A DNA stretch of 32,000 bases from Halorhodospira halophila SL1 (GTDB taxonomy: Bacteria > Pseudomonadota > Gammaproteobacteria > Nitrococcales > Halorhodospiraceae). The notes below the pieces were generated by a model. That model was not told where the DNA came from. It did no database searches and worked only from the letters and a program-made list of their open reading frames with translations. Both the position numbers and the translations under genes were made by a program. Of this stretch, positions 16,122 through 27,665 are shown one piece after another. The stretch's first letter is position 1. Each line of letters begins with the position of its first letter. Location of the stretch: NCBI RefSeq assembly GCF_000015585.1, contig NC_008789.1:660001-692000 (forward strand), written 5' to 3'.

Positions 16122-17696
16122 CTAGAGGCGCTCGCGGGCGATCTCGATCTCCGCCTCGGCGCGCAACGCGCGGATCAGCGCCCGCACCTCCGAGTCGCCC
16201 GCCATGCGCTGGAGCTGCTGCTGCAACTGCTGCCGCTCCTGGGCCGAAAGCCCTTCCGGATCGCCGCGGCTGATCCCATCCAGGCGGAGCAGCGCCGCGG
16301 AGCCGTCATCCAGCTCCACCCGGGCGTAGCCGTCCACCTCCAGGGCAAAGGCCTCACGCACCACGGCCTCCGGGTGGCTGCGATCGTCCCGGTAGGCGTC
16401 TTCCACAGTGAAGCGCTCGACCTCCAGCTCCTCGGCCAGCTCATCCAGAGAGTCGCCGTCGCGCAGCCGAGCGACCAGCTCCTCGGCCCGTTCCCGGGCG
16501 AGGTCGGCAGCGCGCTCCTGCCGAAGCTGCTCGCGGATGGTATCCGCCACCTCTTCCAGCGGCTTCGGCTCCGCCTCGCGGTGCTCAAGCAGCCGGACCA
16601 CCAGGTAACGATCCTCGTCGACGCGGATCAGGTCGCTGTTGTAACCGTGCTCGAGCACGTCCTCGCTGAAGGCCTCCTCCACCACCTCGGAGAGATCGCC
16701 AATCCCTTCGCCGCCGTCGCGGTCGATCCAGTCACTGGTGCGGACCTCCAGCCCGAAGGTGTCGACAAGCGGCTCCAGGCTGTCGGGTTGCTCGAAGGCG
16801 ATGTTGCCGAGCTCGTCGCCGGCCTCGATCAGCTCCGTGCGGTACTGCTCACGGATAGAGTCGGCCAACAGCTCCTCGCGGACGTCATCGAACGTTGGCG
16901 GGTCATCGTCGTCGCCGTAGCGCTCGTCGTAGCGCTCCTGCAGCGTCTCGTCGTCGACGTCGACCTGATCCCGCAGGGCCAGCGGCCCGAGCTCGACATA
17001 CTCGAGACGCACCGCCTCCGGGGCCATGTAGTCATCGGTGTGGGCCTCGTAATGGGCCTCGACCTCGGCGTCGTCGACGCTGACCTCGTCGGTGTACCGG
17101 TCGGCGTCGATCTCCACATAGCTAAAGCTGCGCGACTCATCCTGCAGACGTACCAGCCGCTCGAGCTGCGAGGGGGTGCTGATGCTGCTGGCGAAGACCG
17201 CCTGCTGAAACTGGTCAGCCTTCAGATCCCGCCGGACGAGCCCCTCGTAGTCCTCGGGCGTGAGGCGGTTGCGCTCGAGCAGGGTCTGATATCGGGCCCG
17301 GGAAAACTGCCCGCCCTCGTGGAAGATCTCCTGGCCGCGGATGGTCTGCGCCACCTCCTGATCCGTGACCCGCAGCCCCTGCTTGCCCACGTAGGCGTGC
17401 AACAGCTGCTCGTCAATCAGCTGCTCCAGGGCCTCGCGGCGTAGCGCGGCGCCGTCGAAGGCGCCATCCGGCAGGTCGCCGCCAAACATCTCGCGCAACT
17501 GCGCGCGTTGGCGCTCGACGGCCTGATCGATCTGGGAGCGCGGGATTTCTTCGCCATCAACGCGGGCGACCACTGCATCGTCCTGGCCACCACCGAAGTA
17601 CTCGTAGCCACCCATGAAGATGAACGGCAGGGCGATGAACCCGATGATGACCCACGCAATCCAGCCCTTGATGCCGTCACGAATCGCCTGAAGCAT
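16122..17696 (-). CDS. ppiD: Periplasmic chaperone PpiD homologue lacking the parvulin PPIase domain
   Basis: The N-terminal anchor MLQAIRDGIKGWIAWVIIGFIALPFIF and SurA-like N- and C-terminal regions are collinear with my recollection of E. coli PpiD. It occupies the conserved position after hupB. At 524 aa against about 620 aa, the parvulin segment is replaced by a short acidic linker. Confidence 0.85.
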   Translation of the reverse strand: MLQAIRDGIKGWIAWVIIGFIALPFIFMGGYEYFGGGQDDAVVARVDGEEIPRSQIDQAVERQRAQLREMFGGDLPDGAFDGAALRREALEQLIDEQLLHAYVGKQGLRVTDQEVAQTIRGQEIFHEGGQFSRARYQTLLERNRLTPEDYEGLVRRDLKADQFQQAVFASSISTPSQLERLVRLQDESRSFSYVEIDADRYTDEVSVDDAEVEAHYEAHTDDYMAPEAVRLEYVELGPLALRDQVDVDDETLQERYDERYGDDDDPPTFDDVREELLADSIREQYRTELIEAGDELGNIAFEQPDSLEPLVDTFGLEVRTSDWIDRDGGEGIGDLSEVVEEAFSEDVLEHGYNSDLIRVDEDRYLVVRLLEHREAEPKPLEEVADTIREQLRQERAADLARERAEELVARLRDGDSLDELAEELEVERFTVEDAYRDDRSHPEAVVREAFALEVDGYARVELDDGSAALLRLDGISRGDPEGLSAQERQQLQQQLQRMAGDSEVRALIRALRAEAEIEIARERL

Positions 17697-17738
17697 GCCT
17701 TGTCTTCCGCCGAGTGCTGATGTGGGGGATCAGGATAC

Positions 17739-17764
17739 AAAAAAGGCGCCACTGTGGGCGCCTT
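17739..17764 (-). terminator. Rho-independent terminator after tRNA-Asp
   Basis: The minus strand reads AAGGCGCC-cacagt-GGCGCCTT followed by TTTTTTG. It lies between tRNA-Asp and the ppiD start. Confidence 0.6.
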
Positions 17765-17796
17765 CTTTGTTGCGGCCGATTGGGCCGCGTACTTTT

Positions 17797-17873
17797 TGGC
17801 GGAGCGGACGGGACTCGAACCCGCGACCTCCGGCGTGACAGGCCGGCATTCTAACCAACTGAACTACCGCTCC
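17797..17873 (-). tRNA. tRNA-Asp (anticodon GTC)
   Basis: The reverse complement GGAGCGGTAGTTCAGTTGGTTAGAATGCCGGCCTGTCACGCCGGAGGTCGCGGGTTCGAGTCCCGTCCGCTCCGCCA folds as a cloverleaf. It has anticodon loop CTGTCAC, a GTTCGAG T-loop and an encoded CCA. Confidence 0.95.
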
Positions 17874-17920
17874 GTGATTACGTCGATTATTGTAACAACT
17901 TTTTGCCGCTTGTCTACCCC

Positions 17921-17996
17921 TGGTGGGTGGTGAGGGATTCGAACCCCCGACATTCGCCTTGTAAGGGCGACGCTCTCCCAACTGAGCTAACCACCC
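17921..17996 (-). tRNA. tRNA-Val (anticodon TAC)
   Basis: The reverse complement is GGGTGGTTAGCTCAGTTGGGAGAGCGTCGCCCTTACAAGGCGAATGTCGGGGGTTCGAATCCCTCACCACCCACCA, with anticodon loop CTTACAA and an encoded CCA. Confidence 0.95.
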
Positions 17997-18012
17997 GAAC
18001 CGAATAAGCTCT

Positions 18013-18285
18013 TTAGTTTATCGCATCCTTGAGCGCCTTGCCAGGCTTGAAGCCCGGTACTTTTGACGCCGGGATGTCGATGCTCTCGCCGGTGCGCGGG
18101 TTCCGACCGGTGCGGGCGGCCCGCTCGCGGACGGTGAAGGTGCCGAACCCGACCAGCGTGACCTGGTCGCCCTCGCGCAGGGCGTCAGTGACGGACTCGA
18201 CCATCGCGTCGACGGCGCGCGCGGCAGCGGCTTTGGAAAGATCCGCGGAGTCGGCTACCGCCTCGATGAGCTCACTCTTGTTCAT
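18013..18285 (-). CDS. hupB: DNA-binding protein HU-beta
   Basis: 90 aa: [90 protein letters not shown]. The start was moved to ATG 18285, with GGGGA upstream. Confidence 0.93.
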   Translation of the reverse strand: MNKSELIEAVADSADLSKAAAARAVDAMVESVTDALREGDQVTLVGFGTFTVRERAARTGRNPRTGESIDIPASKVPGFKPGKALKDAIN

Positions 18286-18495
18286 CCCCGTGTCCCCTTT
18301 TCGGTTTTTTTGACTCGATGCTGGCGTGGCTGGCCCGTTCAGGCCGAGGGCGCCGGACACACCCTGACGACCCCCTGCGATCCCAACCCTACCACGGCGC
18401 AGCGCGCTTCCACAGCGTTACCCGGTGTATCACATCCCTAGGCAGCGCCGACGTCGCCGCCCCGGGCTTCGGGGCCCGGGCGCCCAGTTGCCGGC

Positions 18496-18525
18496 GTTAT
18501 AGCAGCGGCTTTTCCAGACTGTCAA
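18496..18525 (-). promoter_or_regulatory. Candidate sigma70 promoter between lon and hupB
   Basis: The minus strand reads TTGACA-n18-TATAAC, beginning 15 nt after the lon stop. This implies a leader of about 200 nt before hupB. Confidence 0.4.
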
Positions 18526-18540
18526 ATGGGCGGCACCGCC

Positions 18541-21003
<2,463 letters not shown>

Positions 21004-21078
21004 TGGATGCGAACCTCATTGGCGTGCGAACGGCGGGACGCGCGCGGCGGTGGCCGCGCGCCCCTCCTCTGGGTTCGG

Positions 21079-21108
21079 AATGGGGGTGATACGGGCGGGT
21101 TTCAAGGT
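21079..21108 (-). promoter_or_regulatory. Candidate sigma32 (RpoH) heat-shock promoter of lon
   Basis: The minus strand reads CCTTGAAA-n14-CCCCCATT, against the consensus CTTGAA-n13-17-CCCCAT. It lies about 75 nt upstream of the lon ATG, followed by a 9-bp GC hairpin (about 21040..21063) in the leader. Confidence 0.55.
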
Positions 21109-21127
21109 GCGCCGAGTCGGCGGCGCC

Positions 21128-22408
21128 CTACTCGTCGGACGCCGCCTTGGAATGCTCGGGGCCCGCGTAGACGATGTACGGGTCGCTGTCGCCGGCGATG
21201 ACCGACTCGTCGACCACCACTTTGCTGACATTCTCCATGGACGGGAGCTCGTACATGGTCTCGAGCAGCACCTGCTCGATGATGGTGCGCAGCCCGCGGG
21301 CACCGGTCTTGCGCTCCATCGCCTTGTCGGCCACCGCCCGCAGGGCGTCATCGCGCAGGTCGAGCTCCACACCCTCCATCTCAAAGAGCTTCTGGTACTG
21401 CTTAACCAGCGCGTTCTTCGGCTCGCGGAGGATCTGCACCAGGGCCTCCTGATCGAGCTCGTTGAGGGTCGCGATGACCGGCAGCCGGCCGACAAACTCC
21501 GGGATCAGGCCGTAGCGGACCAGATCGCTGGGTTCAACGGTCTGCAGCGTCTCGCCGACGCTAGCTCGCTCGCCCTCGCCCTTGATCTCGGCCGAGAAGC
21601 CGATCCCGCCCCGCTCGGAGCGCTCCTGGATGACCTTGTCGAGCCCGGCGAAAGCGCCGCCGCAGATGAACAACATGTTGCTGGTATCGACCTGCACGAA
21701 CTCCTGCTGAGGGTGCTTGCGCCCACCCTGCGGGGGCACCGAGGCCGTGGTCCCCTCGATCAGCTTGAGCAGCGCCTGCTGCACCCCCTCGCCGGAGACG
21801 TCCCGGGTGATCGACGGGTTGTCCGCCTTGCGCGAGACCTTGTCGATCTCGTCGATGTAGACGATGCCGTGCTGCGCCTTCTCGACGTCGTAATCGCACT
21901 TCTGCAGCAACTTCTGGATGATGTTCTCGACATCCTCACCGACATACCCGGCCTCGGTCAGAGTCGTGGCGTCGGCGATGGTGAACGGCACGTTGAGCAG
22001 CCGCGCCAGGGTCTCGGCGAGCAACGTCTTGCCCGAGCCGGTGGGGCCGATGAGCAGGATGTTGCTCTTGGTCAGCTCCACATCGTCCTGGCTGGTCCGG
22101 CTCTCGAGGCGCTTGTAGTGGTTGTACACCGCCACCGAGAGCACCTTCTTGGCGTGCTCCTGGCCAATGACGTACTGGTCGAGCTCGCGGTTGATCTCGT
22201 GGGGCCGGGGCAGCCCGCCGCCTTCCGTCGCCGCACCTTCCTGGAGCTCCTCGCGGATGATGTCGTTGCAGAGCTCGACGCACTCGTCACAGATGAACAC
22301 CGATGGCCCGGCGATGAGCTTGCGGACCTCGTGCTGGCTCTTCCCGCAGAAGGAGCAGTACAGCAGCTTGCCGCTGTCATCGCCCTTGTTCTGAGTTCGA
22401 TCAGTCAT
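21128..22408 (-). CDS. clpX: ATP-dependent Clp protease ATP-binding subunit ClpX
   Basis: 426 aa with N-terminal zinc-binding [26 protein letters not shown], Walker A GPTGSGKT and the IGF-type loop region. Confidence 0.97.
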   Translation of the reverse strand: MTDRTQNKGDDSGKLLYCSFCGKSQHEVRKLIAGPSVFICDECVELCNDIIREELQEGAATEGGGLPRPHEINRELDQYVIGQEHAKKVLSVAVYNHYKRLESRTSQDDVELTKSNILLIGPTGSGKTLLAETLARLLNVPFTIADATTLTEAGYVGEDVENIIQKLLQKCDYDVEKAQHGIVYIDEIDKVSRKADNPSITRDVSGEGVQQALLKLIEGTTASVPPQGGRKHPQQEFVQVDTSNMLFICGGAFAGLDKVIQERSERGGIGFSAEIKGEGERASVGETLQTVEPSDLVRYGLIPEFVGRLPVIATLNELDQEALVQILREPKNALVKQYQKLFEMEGVELDLRDDALRAVADKAMERKTGARGLRTIIEQVLLETMYELPSMENVSKVVVDESVIAGDSDPYIVYAGPEHSKAASDE

Positions 22409-22492
22409 GCCACGGCCTCGGTTTGCGCACTGGAATCATTCTTTATCAACGATGCACCCTTTTCAGCGGGTACGCAACCAGCCCACGGCGCC

Positions 22493-23125
22493 TCACTCGG
22501 AGGCGCCGCGACTGGTCAGAACCCGGTCGATCAGGCCGTACTGCGCGGCCGCCTCGGCGGCCATGAAGTTGTCCCGATCGGTGTCCTGCCGGATGGTCTC
22601 GATATCCTGCCCGGTGTGGTGCGCCAGGATGGTGTTGAGCCGATCCCGCATGCTCAGGATCTCGCGGGCGTGGATGTCGATATCCGTCGCCTGCCCCTGG
22701 AAACCACCGAGGGGCTGATGGATCATCATCCGCGAATTGGGCAGGGCGTGGCGCTTGCCCTCCGCGCCAGCCGCCAGCAGCAGGGCGCCCATGCTCGCCG
22801 CCTGACCCACGCAGAGCGTGGCCACATCGGGCTTGATGAACTGCATGGTGTCGTAGATCGCCAGCCCGGCAGTGACCGAGCCGCCCGGCGAGTTGATATA
22901 CAGGTGCACGTCCTTATCCGGATTCTCGGACTCGAGGAACAGCAGCTGCGCCACCAGCAGGTTGGCCTGGTAGTCCTCCACCGGGCCGACCAGAAAGATC
23001 ACGCGCTCCTTGAGCAGACGCGAGAAGATGTCGTAGGCCCGCTCGCCACGCGCCGACTGCTCGACCACCATCGGCACCAGGCCGGTGTTGAAAATGTCGG
23101 GGGCGGATTGCTGGGTATCGCTCAT
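22493..23125 (-). CDS. clpP: ATP-dependent Clp protease proteolytic subunit ClpP
   Basis: 210 aa. Blocks [37 protein letters not shown] (active Ser) and MIHQP (active His). Confidence 0.97.
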   Translation of the reverse strand: MSDTQQSAPDIFNTGLVPMVVEQSARGERAYDIFSRLLKERVIFLVGPVEDYQANLLVAQLLFLESENPDKDVHLYINSPGGSVTAGLAIYDTMQFIKPDVATLCVGQAASMGALLLAAGAEGKRHALPNSRMMIHQPLGGFQGQATDIDIHAREILSMRDRLNTILAHHTGQDIETIRQDTDRDNFMAAEAAAQYGLIDRVLTSRGASE

Positions 23126-23150
23126 GCCGTTGGCCTCCCGGGGCCGCGAC

Positions 23151-24461
23151 TCAGGCCGAAGCCTGGTCGCCGTCCTCGCTGTTCATGAGCTCGTCGAAGC
23201 TCAGCGTCTTGTCTTCGGTCTGCACCTGCTCGAGCAGCCAGTCGACCACCTGCTCCTCGATGACCGAGGCCTCCAGGCTCTGCATCATCTGCCGGTCCTG
23301 GGCAATCTGCTGCAGCGCTTCGCTCGGATCCTGGCCGGAGTTGGCAGCCATCTCACGCAGCTGGGTCATCATGCGCTCGCGATCGAGCTGGATGCCCTGG
23401 CTGCGCACCAGCTCGTTGACCAGCAGCCCCAGCTTGACCCGGCGACTCGCCACGTCTTCATAAGCCGAGCGCTCCGACTCGGGCAGCTCGCCCTCGGCGC
23501 TGGCGCCCGACTGTTGCCGCAGGGCCTGGATCTCGCCGTCGATCAGGCTCTTGGGCAGCTCCAGCTCATTCTGATCGGCCAGCTGATCGAGCACCTGTCG
23601 CTTGAGACGCTGACGCACGGCCTGATGCCGCTCGCGCTCGAGGTTGCCACGCACGGCCTCGCGCAGCGCCTCGACGCCCCCTTCCTGGATACCCAGGCGA
23701 GCCGCAAAGTCGTCATCCAGCTCCGGCAGCTGCGGCTCTTCCACTCGCTTGACCGTCACCTGGAAGACGGCGGTCTTGCCGGCGATGCTCGGCTCGGCGA
23801 GCTCGTCCGGGAACTTGTGCTCGACCGTCAGCTCCTGGCCGGCCTTCGCCCCCTGCAGCCCCTGCTCGAAGGCCTCGGGCAACTGCCCGGCACCGAGGAT
23901 CAGCGGCGCATCCTCGGCGGAGTTGCCGGTGAACGCCTCGCCGTCGATGGTGCCGTGGAAGTCGATCACCACGCGGTCCTCGTCCTGGGCCGCCCGATCC
24001 ACCTCCTGGTAATCGGCGTGCTGCTTGCGCAGGCGCTCGAGGACGTTGTCCAGGTCGGCGTCGGTGATCTCGACCTGGGGCCGCTCGACCTGGATCTGGT
24101 CCAGCCCCGCGACCTCAATCTCGGGCAGCACATCGAAGGAGGCCTCGTACTCCAGGTCTTCCCCTTCGCCGGTGCGCTTGGGCTCGATATGCGGGTTACC
24201 GGCCGGGCGCAGGGACTCCTGCTCCAGGGCCTCGGAGTAGGTCTGCTGGACCACCTCGCTGAGCACCTCGCTACGCACCTGTGCGCCGTACTGCTTGCGA
24301 ACGACCTTGACCGGCACCTTGCCAGGGCGGAAGCCGTCCATCTTAACGCGGCCACTGAGGTCCTTCAGCCGGCGTTCTACCTCGTTCTCCACGCGCTCGG
24401 CGGGGACCTGGACCGTCATGCGGCGGCCCAGGCCTTCGGTCGTCTCCACGGAAACTTGCAT
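23151..24461 (-). CDS. tig: Trigger factor
   Basis: [50 protein letters not shown] is a typical trigger-factor N-terminus. The start was set to ATG 24461 rather than ORF-track 24482. Its position upstream of clpP is conserved. Confidence 0.95.
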   Translation of the reverse strand: MQVSVETTEGLGRRMTVQVPAERVENEVERRLKDLSGRVKMDGFRPGKVPVKVVRKQYGAQVRSEVLSEVVQQTYSEALEQESLRPAGNPHIEPKRTGEGEDLEYEASFDVLPEIEVAGLDQIQVERPQVEITDADLDNVLERLRKQHADYQEVDRAAQDEDRVVIDFHGTIDGEAFTGNSAEDAPLILGAGQLPEAFEQGLQGAKAGQELTVEHKFPDELAEPSIAGKTAVFQVTVKRVEEPQLPELDDDFAARLGIQEGGVEALREAVRGNLERERHQAVRQRLKRQVLDQLADQNELELPKSLIDGEIQALRQQSGASAEGELPESERSAYEDVASRRVKLGLLVNELVRSQGIQLDRERMMTQLREMAANSGQDPSEALQQIAQDRQMMQSLEASVIEEQVVDWLLEQVQTEDKTLSFDELMNSEDGDQASA

Positions 24462-24544
24462 CGGGAAGTCCTTGGGATCCAAACGTTTGGTGGTTGCGGT
24501 TTCGCGCTACCGCGCGGCCCATGCCGTCGCGGCCACGAATTGCT

Positions 24545-24634
24545 TGGTGCGAAAGGAGAGACTCGAACTCTCACGGGGCTATCAACCCCACCGGGACCTA
24601 AACCCGGCGCGTCTACCGATTCCGCCACTTTCGC
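24545..24634 (-). tRNA. tRNA-Leu (anticodon TAG), long variable arm
   Basis: The reverse complement is GCGAAAGTGGCGGAATCGGTAGACGCGCCGGGTTTAGGTCCCGGTGGGGTTGATAGCCCCGTGAGAGTTCGAGTCTCTCCTTTCGCACCA, with anticodon loop TTTAGGT, a class II variable arm and an encoded CCA. Confidence 0.9.
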
Positions 24635-24678
24635 AGACTGGCGTCGTGCGGGGTCGCCCTGACGCCTTTCGCCGCATC

Positions 24679-24687
24679 AGTATAACA
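24679..24687 (-). promoter_or_regulatory. Candidate extended -10 element (TGtTATACT) upstream of tRNA-Leu
   Basis: The minus strand reads TGTTATACT followed by the GC-rich GATGCGGCG, about 45 nt upstream of the mature tRNA 5' end. The -35 is poor (TTGCGG at 19-nt spacing). Confidence 0.3.
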
Positions 24688-24796
24688 ACGGTTGACGCGT
24701 TCCCCGCAATGCGCATCCGATGGCTCGGCGGGCCGGCCGCGGTCCGCTACCATGGCCTCCTGCCTATCGTCGGCGCCGCGCGCGCACAGAGGGAAG

Positions 24797-25621
24797 ATGA
24801 TACTGCTCGCCATCACGGTCCTGGTGCTGCTCCTCGCCCTGCGCGAGGTCACCACAAACCGCATCCACCGCACCCGTGACAACCCCACGGCGGTGCGACG
24901 CTGGCGGGCGGCCCGCCGCTGGCTGAACCTGGCCCTGGTGATCTCCGCCCTCGCCCTGCTGCCCACCTTCATCGATCAGCCGCAGCTGCCCGTGATCGCC
25001 GAGGCCCATACCCTGCTCAGCTACGCCTGGCCGCTCATCCTCGGCGCCGCCGCTGTAGCCGCTGCCGTGGCCGCGCGCACCGCCCTGCCGGAACTCCACC
25101 GCGAGCGCGAGCGCCGCGCTGCGGTGGCGCGGCGCAACAGCGATGCCGCCAAGGGCCTGAACCCGTCGCGGATCTCCGACGAGCTGCGCCAGTGGATTGA
25201 CCAGAACGCCCCGGCGCACCGATACCGGTTCGACGTGGAGACCTCCGCCGGCATCGCCAACATCGTCGTCGAGACCGAGGAGGCCCGGTACGCGCTCTAC
25301 GTCCTCCCACCGGAGCACGCCAGCCTGGGGTTCACCCCGGCCCTGCAGCGCTGTGCGCGGGTTGCCGGCGTCCTGAACGCCCGCGGCGTGCTGTGGGTGC
25401 CCGGCGACGGCCCGGAGGAACCGCAGCGCAGCCGCGATCACCCCGTCTATGTGATCTACGGCTCGATGACCCGGATTTTCGACCTCATCGAACGCAACGA
25501 GACAGCGCTGCGCCGCCGCCGCGAGCGACAGGCCCGGCTGAAGGACTACGCGGCGGCCAGCGCTGAACGCGCTAACGAGGAGGAAGAGGCCCAGCGCCAG
25601 CGCCACAGCCGCGCCCGCTGA
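24797..25621 (+). CDS. Hypothetical membrane-anchored protein (3 predicted TM segments plus a soluble domain and a charged Arg/Glu-rich tail)
   Basis: ATG 24797 is preceded by AGAGGGAAG. The hydrophobic N-terminus is MILLAITVLVLLLAL, and two further TM stretches follow. I recognise no family. An alternative start at 24752 is possible. The antisense ORF 24764..25639 is Gly/Ala/Arg-rich and judged spurious. Confidence 0.6.
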   Translation: MILLAITVLVLLLALREVTTNRIHRTRDNPTAVRRWRAARRWLNLALVISALALLPTFIDQPQLPVIAEAHTLLSYAWPLILGAAAVAAAVAARTALPELHRERERRAAVARRNSDAAKGLNPSRISDELRQWIDQNAPAHRYRFDVETSAGIANIVVETEEARYALYVLPPEHASLGFTPALQRCARVAGVLNARGVLWVPGDGPEEPQRSRDHPVYVIYGSMTRIFDLIERNETALRRRRERQARLKDYAAASAERANEEEEAQRQRHSRAR

Positions 25622-25674
25622 ACCACCGGATGCCACCACCCCACGGGGTGGCCTGACCTACAAAGGAGGCCGTC

Positions 25675-26154
25675 ATGCCGAAAGGTCTGATCGCTCTGCT
25701 GGGCGGCCTGGCCGTCCTGATGCTCGCCACCCTGGGCCTGGTTCTGGCCATGGCCACCGGCGTCTTCACCCCGCCGGGCATGACCCCGGAGCAGCCTGCC
25801 GAATCCCAACAGGAGCCGGGCGAACCGGACCTGGAGCAGGCCCGCTACGTCGAGCTAGAACAGCCCCTGACCGTCAACCTCGACGGCGACGGGCCGGCGC
25901 AATACCTCGAGGCCGAGGTGGAGATCGCCGCCGCCTCCCACGCCGTCACCGAGGCGATCGAAACCCACCAGGCCGCAATCCGCGACGAACTGATGCTATT
26001 CCTCGCCGACCAGTCCTTTGCCACGCTGAACAGCGCCGAGCAGCGCGACGACCTGCGCGAGGAGGCCCTCGAGCGGGTCAACACCATCCTCAACGAACAC
26101 GGGGTCGAGGAGCCGGCGACCGGCCTCTACTTCACACGGCTGGTCATGCAGTAG
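25675..26154 (+). CDS. FliL-like (flagellar basal body-associated protein family) membrane protein, outside any flagellar cluster
   Basis: 159 aa with a strong SD (AAAGGAGG) and one N-terminal TM. It shows the FliL-type pattern: YVELEQPLTVNLDGDGPAQYLEAEVEIA...HQAAIRDELMLFL...REEALERVNTIL...LYFTRLVMQ. Confidence 0.75.
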   Translation: MPKGLIALLGGLAVLMLATLGLVLAMATGVFTPPGMTPEQPAESQQEPGEPDLEQARYVELEQPLTVNLDGDGPAQYLEAEVEIAAASHAVTEAIETHQAAIRDELMLFLADQSFATLNSAEQRDDLREEALERVNTILNEHGVEEPATGLYFTRLVMQ

Positions 26155-26229
26155 AGCGGAGCGCGACGGCCGAACCGAGTGGGGGCACCCCGGCGTAGCC
26201 GACGGCGCCCCCACCCGCTCCGGCGGCGA

Positions 26230-27600
26230 TCACTCCGACCGCTGCGGTTCCTCAGAGCCGCCACCCGGGGCGAAATACGACCGGGTAATGGCAAAGACCG
26301 TCCCCGACAGCGCCAGCAGCGCGATCAGGTTGGGGATCGCCATCAGCGCGTTGAGGATATCGGCCACGATCCACACCACGCCGAGTTCGGCCACGGCACC
26401 GACCAGCAGGAGCGCCACCCACAGGTAGCGGTAGGGCAGGATCACCCGCGCCCCGAAGAGGAACGCAGCGCAGCGCTCGCCGTAGTAGCTCCAAGCGACG
26501 ATGGTGGTGAACGCGAACAGGATCATGCCCACCGTGACGATCCAGTTGCCGCCGGGGATGCCCTCGCCGAAGGCCATGGAGGTCAGCGACGCGCCGGTCT
26601 CGCCGCTGGTCCACACCCCGGTCAGGACGATGGCTAGCGCAGTGATGGTGCAGACGATGATGGTGTCGATGAAGGTGCCGAGCATCGCCACCGTGCCCTG
26701 ACGGACCGGGTTCTTGGTCCGCGCCGCGGCGTGGGCGATCGGTGCCGAGCCGAGACCGGCCTCGTTGGAGAAGATGCCGCGGGCGACACCGAAGCGGATC
26801 GCTGCCCACACCGCGGCGCCGGCGAACCCGCCGGTGGCCGCCGTACCGGTAAAGGCGTCGGTCACGATCTGGCCGAGCGCCGCCGGGACATCGGTGAAGT
26901 TCCAGCCGATGATCAGCAGACCGCCGATGACGTAGATGGCCGCCATGGTCGGGACCAGGCGCTCGGCCACCCGGGCGATGCGCCGGATGCCACCGATGAT
27001 CACCAGGAAGACCAGCCCGGCCAGGATCAGCCCGGTGAGCCAGGGCGGCACCATGAGGTTGGACTCGACCACATCGGCCACCGAGTTGGCCTGCACCGTG
27101 TTGCCGATGCCGAACGCGGCGACCATGGCGAAGACCGCGAACAGCGTCCCCAGCCATGCCCAGCGCGGGCCCAGGCCGTTCTTGATGTAGTACATCGGGC
27201 CACCGACGTAGCGACCGTGCTCGTCGGTCTCACGGTACTTCACCGCCAGCACGGCCTCGGCATACTTGGTGGCCATGCCCACCAGCGCGGTGATCCACAT
27301 CCAGAACACCGCGCCGGGGCCACCCAGGGTGATCGCCGTGGCTACACCAGCAATGTTGCCCGTGCCGATGGTCGCCGAGAGCGCGGTGGTCAGTGCCTGA
27401 AACGGCGTGATCTCGCCGGGCTCATCGGGGCGTTCGGCGCGCCCTCCCCACATGCGGCGGAACCCGTAGCCAATCCGTCGAATCGGCATGGCCCGGAGGC
27501 CGATGGAAAGATAAAGACCGGTGCCGAGCAGCAGCACCAGCATCGCCGGCCCCCAGACAACACCGCTAACCGCCTCGAGAAACGCGGTCACCGCCTCCAT
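26230..27600 (-). CDS. Alanine/glycine:cation symporter (AGCS family)
   Basis: 456 aa multi-pass protein. Typical AGCS blocks are ITPFQALTTALSATIGTGNIAGVATAI, GGPGAVFWMW, SNEAGLGSAPIAHAAA and AWSYYGE. The SD is GGGAGGG. Confidence 0.9.
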   Translation of the reverse strand: MEAVTAFLEAVSGVVWGPAMLVLLLGTGLYLSIGLRAMPIRRIGYGFRRMWGGRAERPDEPGEITPFQALTTALSATIGTGNIAGVATAITLGGPGAVFWMWITALVGMATKYAEAVLAVKYRETDEHGRYVGGPMYYIKNGLGPRWAWLGTLFAVFAMVAAFGIGNTVQANSVADVVESNLMVPPWLTGLILAGLVFLVIIGGIRRIARVAERLVPTMAAIYVIGGLLIIGWNFTDVPAALGQIVTDAFTGTAATGGFAGAAVWAAIRFGVARGIFSNEAGLGSAPIAHAAARTKNPVRQGTVAMLGTFIDTIIVCTITALAIVLTGVWTSGETGASLTSMAFGEGIPGGNWIVTVGMILFAFTTIVAWSYYGERCAAFLFGARVILPYRYLWVALLLVGAVAELGVVWIVADILNALMAIPNLIALLALSGTVFAITRSYFAPGGGSEEPQRSE

Positions 27601-27665
27601 GGCTCGCCCTCCCGCTGGTCACGCGGCCTATCCGCCGCGCTGGTGGATAAAGACAGACGCCCCCG

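Noticed and set aside
17730-17981. 83-aa minus-strand ORF across the tRNA-Asp and tRNA-Val region
   Set aside because: It is composed largely of tRNA gene sequence read as protein. The tRNA cloverleaves are unambiguous.
21050-24662. 712-aa and 525-aa plus-strand ORFs (21050..23188 and 23085..24662) antisense to clpX, clpP and tig
   Set aside because: They overlap three highly conserved genes on the opposite strand and even run across tRNA-Leu. Their composition is typical of GC-driven artefacts.
24764-25639. 291-aa minus-strand ORF opposite the hypothetical membrane protein
   Set aside because: I prefer the plus-strand reading. It gives clean hydrophobic helices, a plausible SD and a sensible operon with the FliL-like gene. 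The minus product is Gly/Ala/Arg/Val-rich with low complexity. This choice is less certain than the others.
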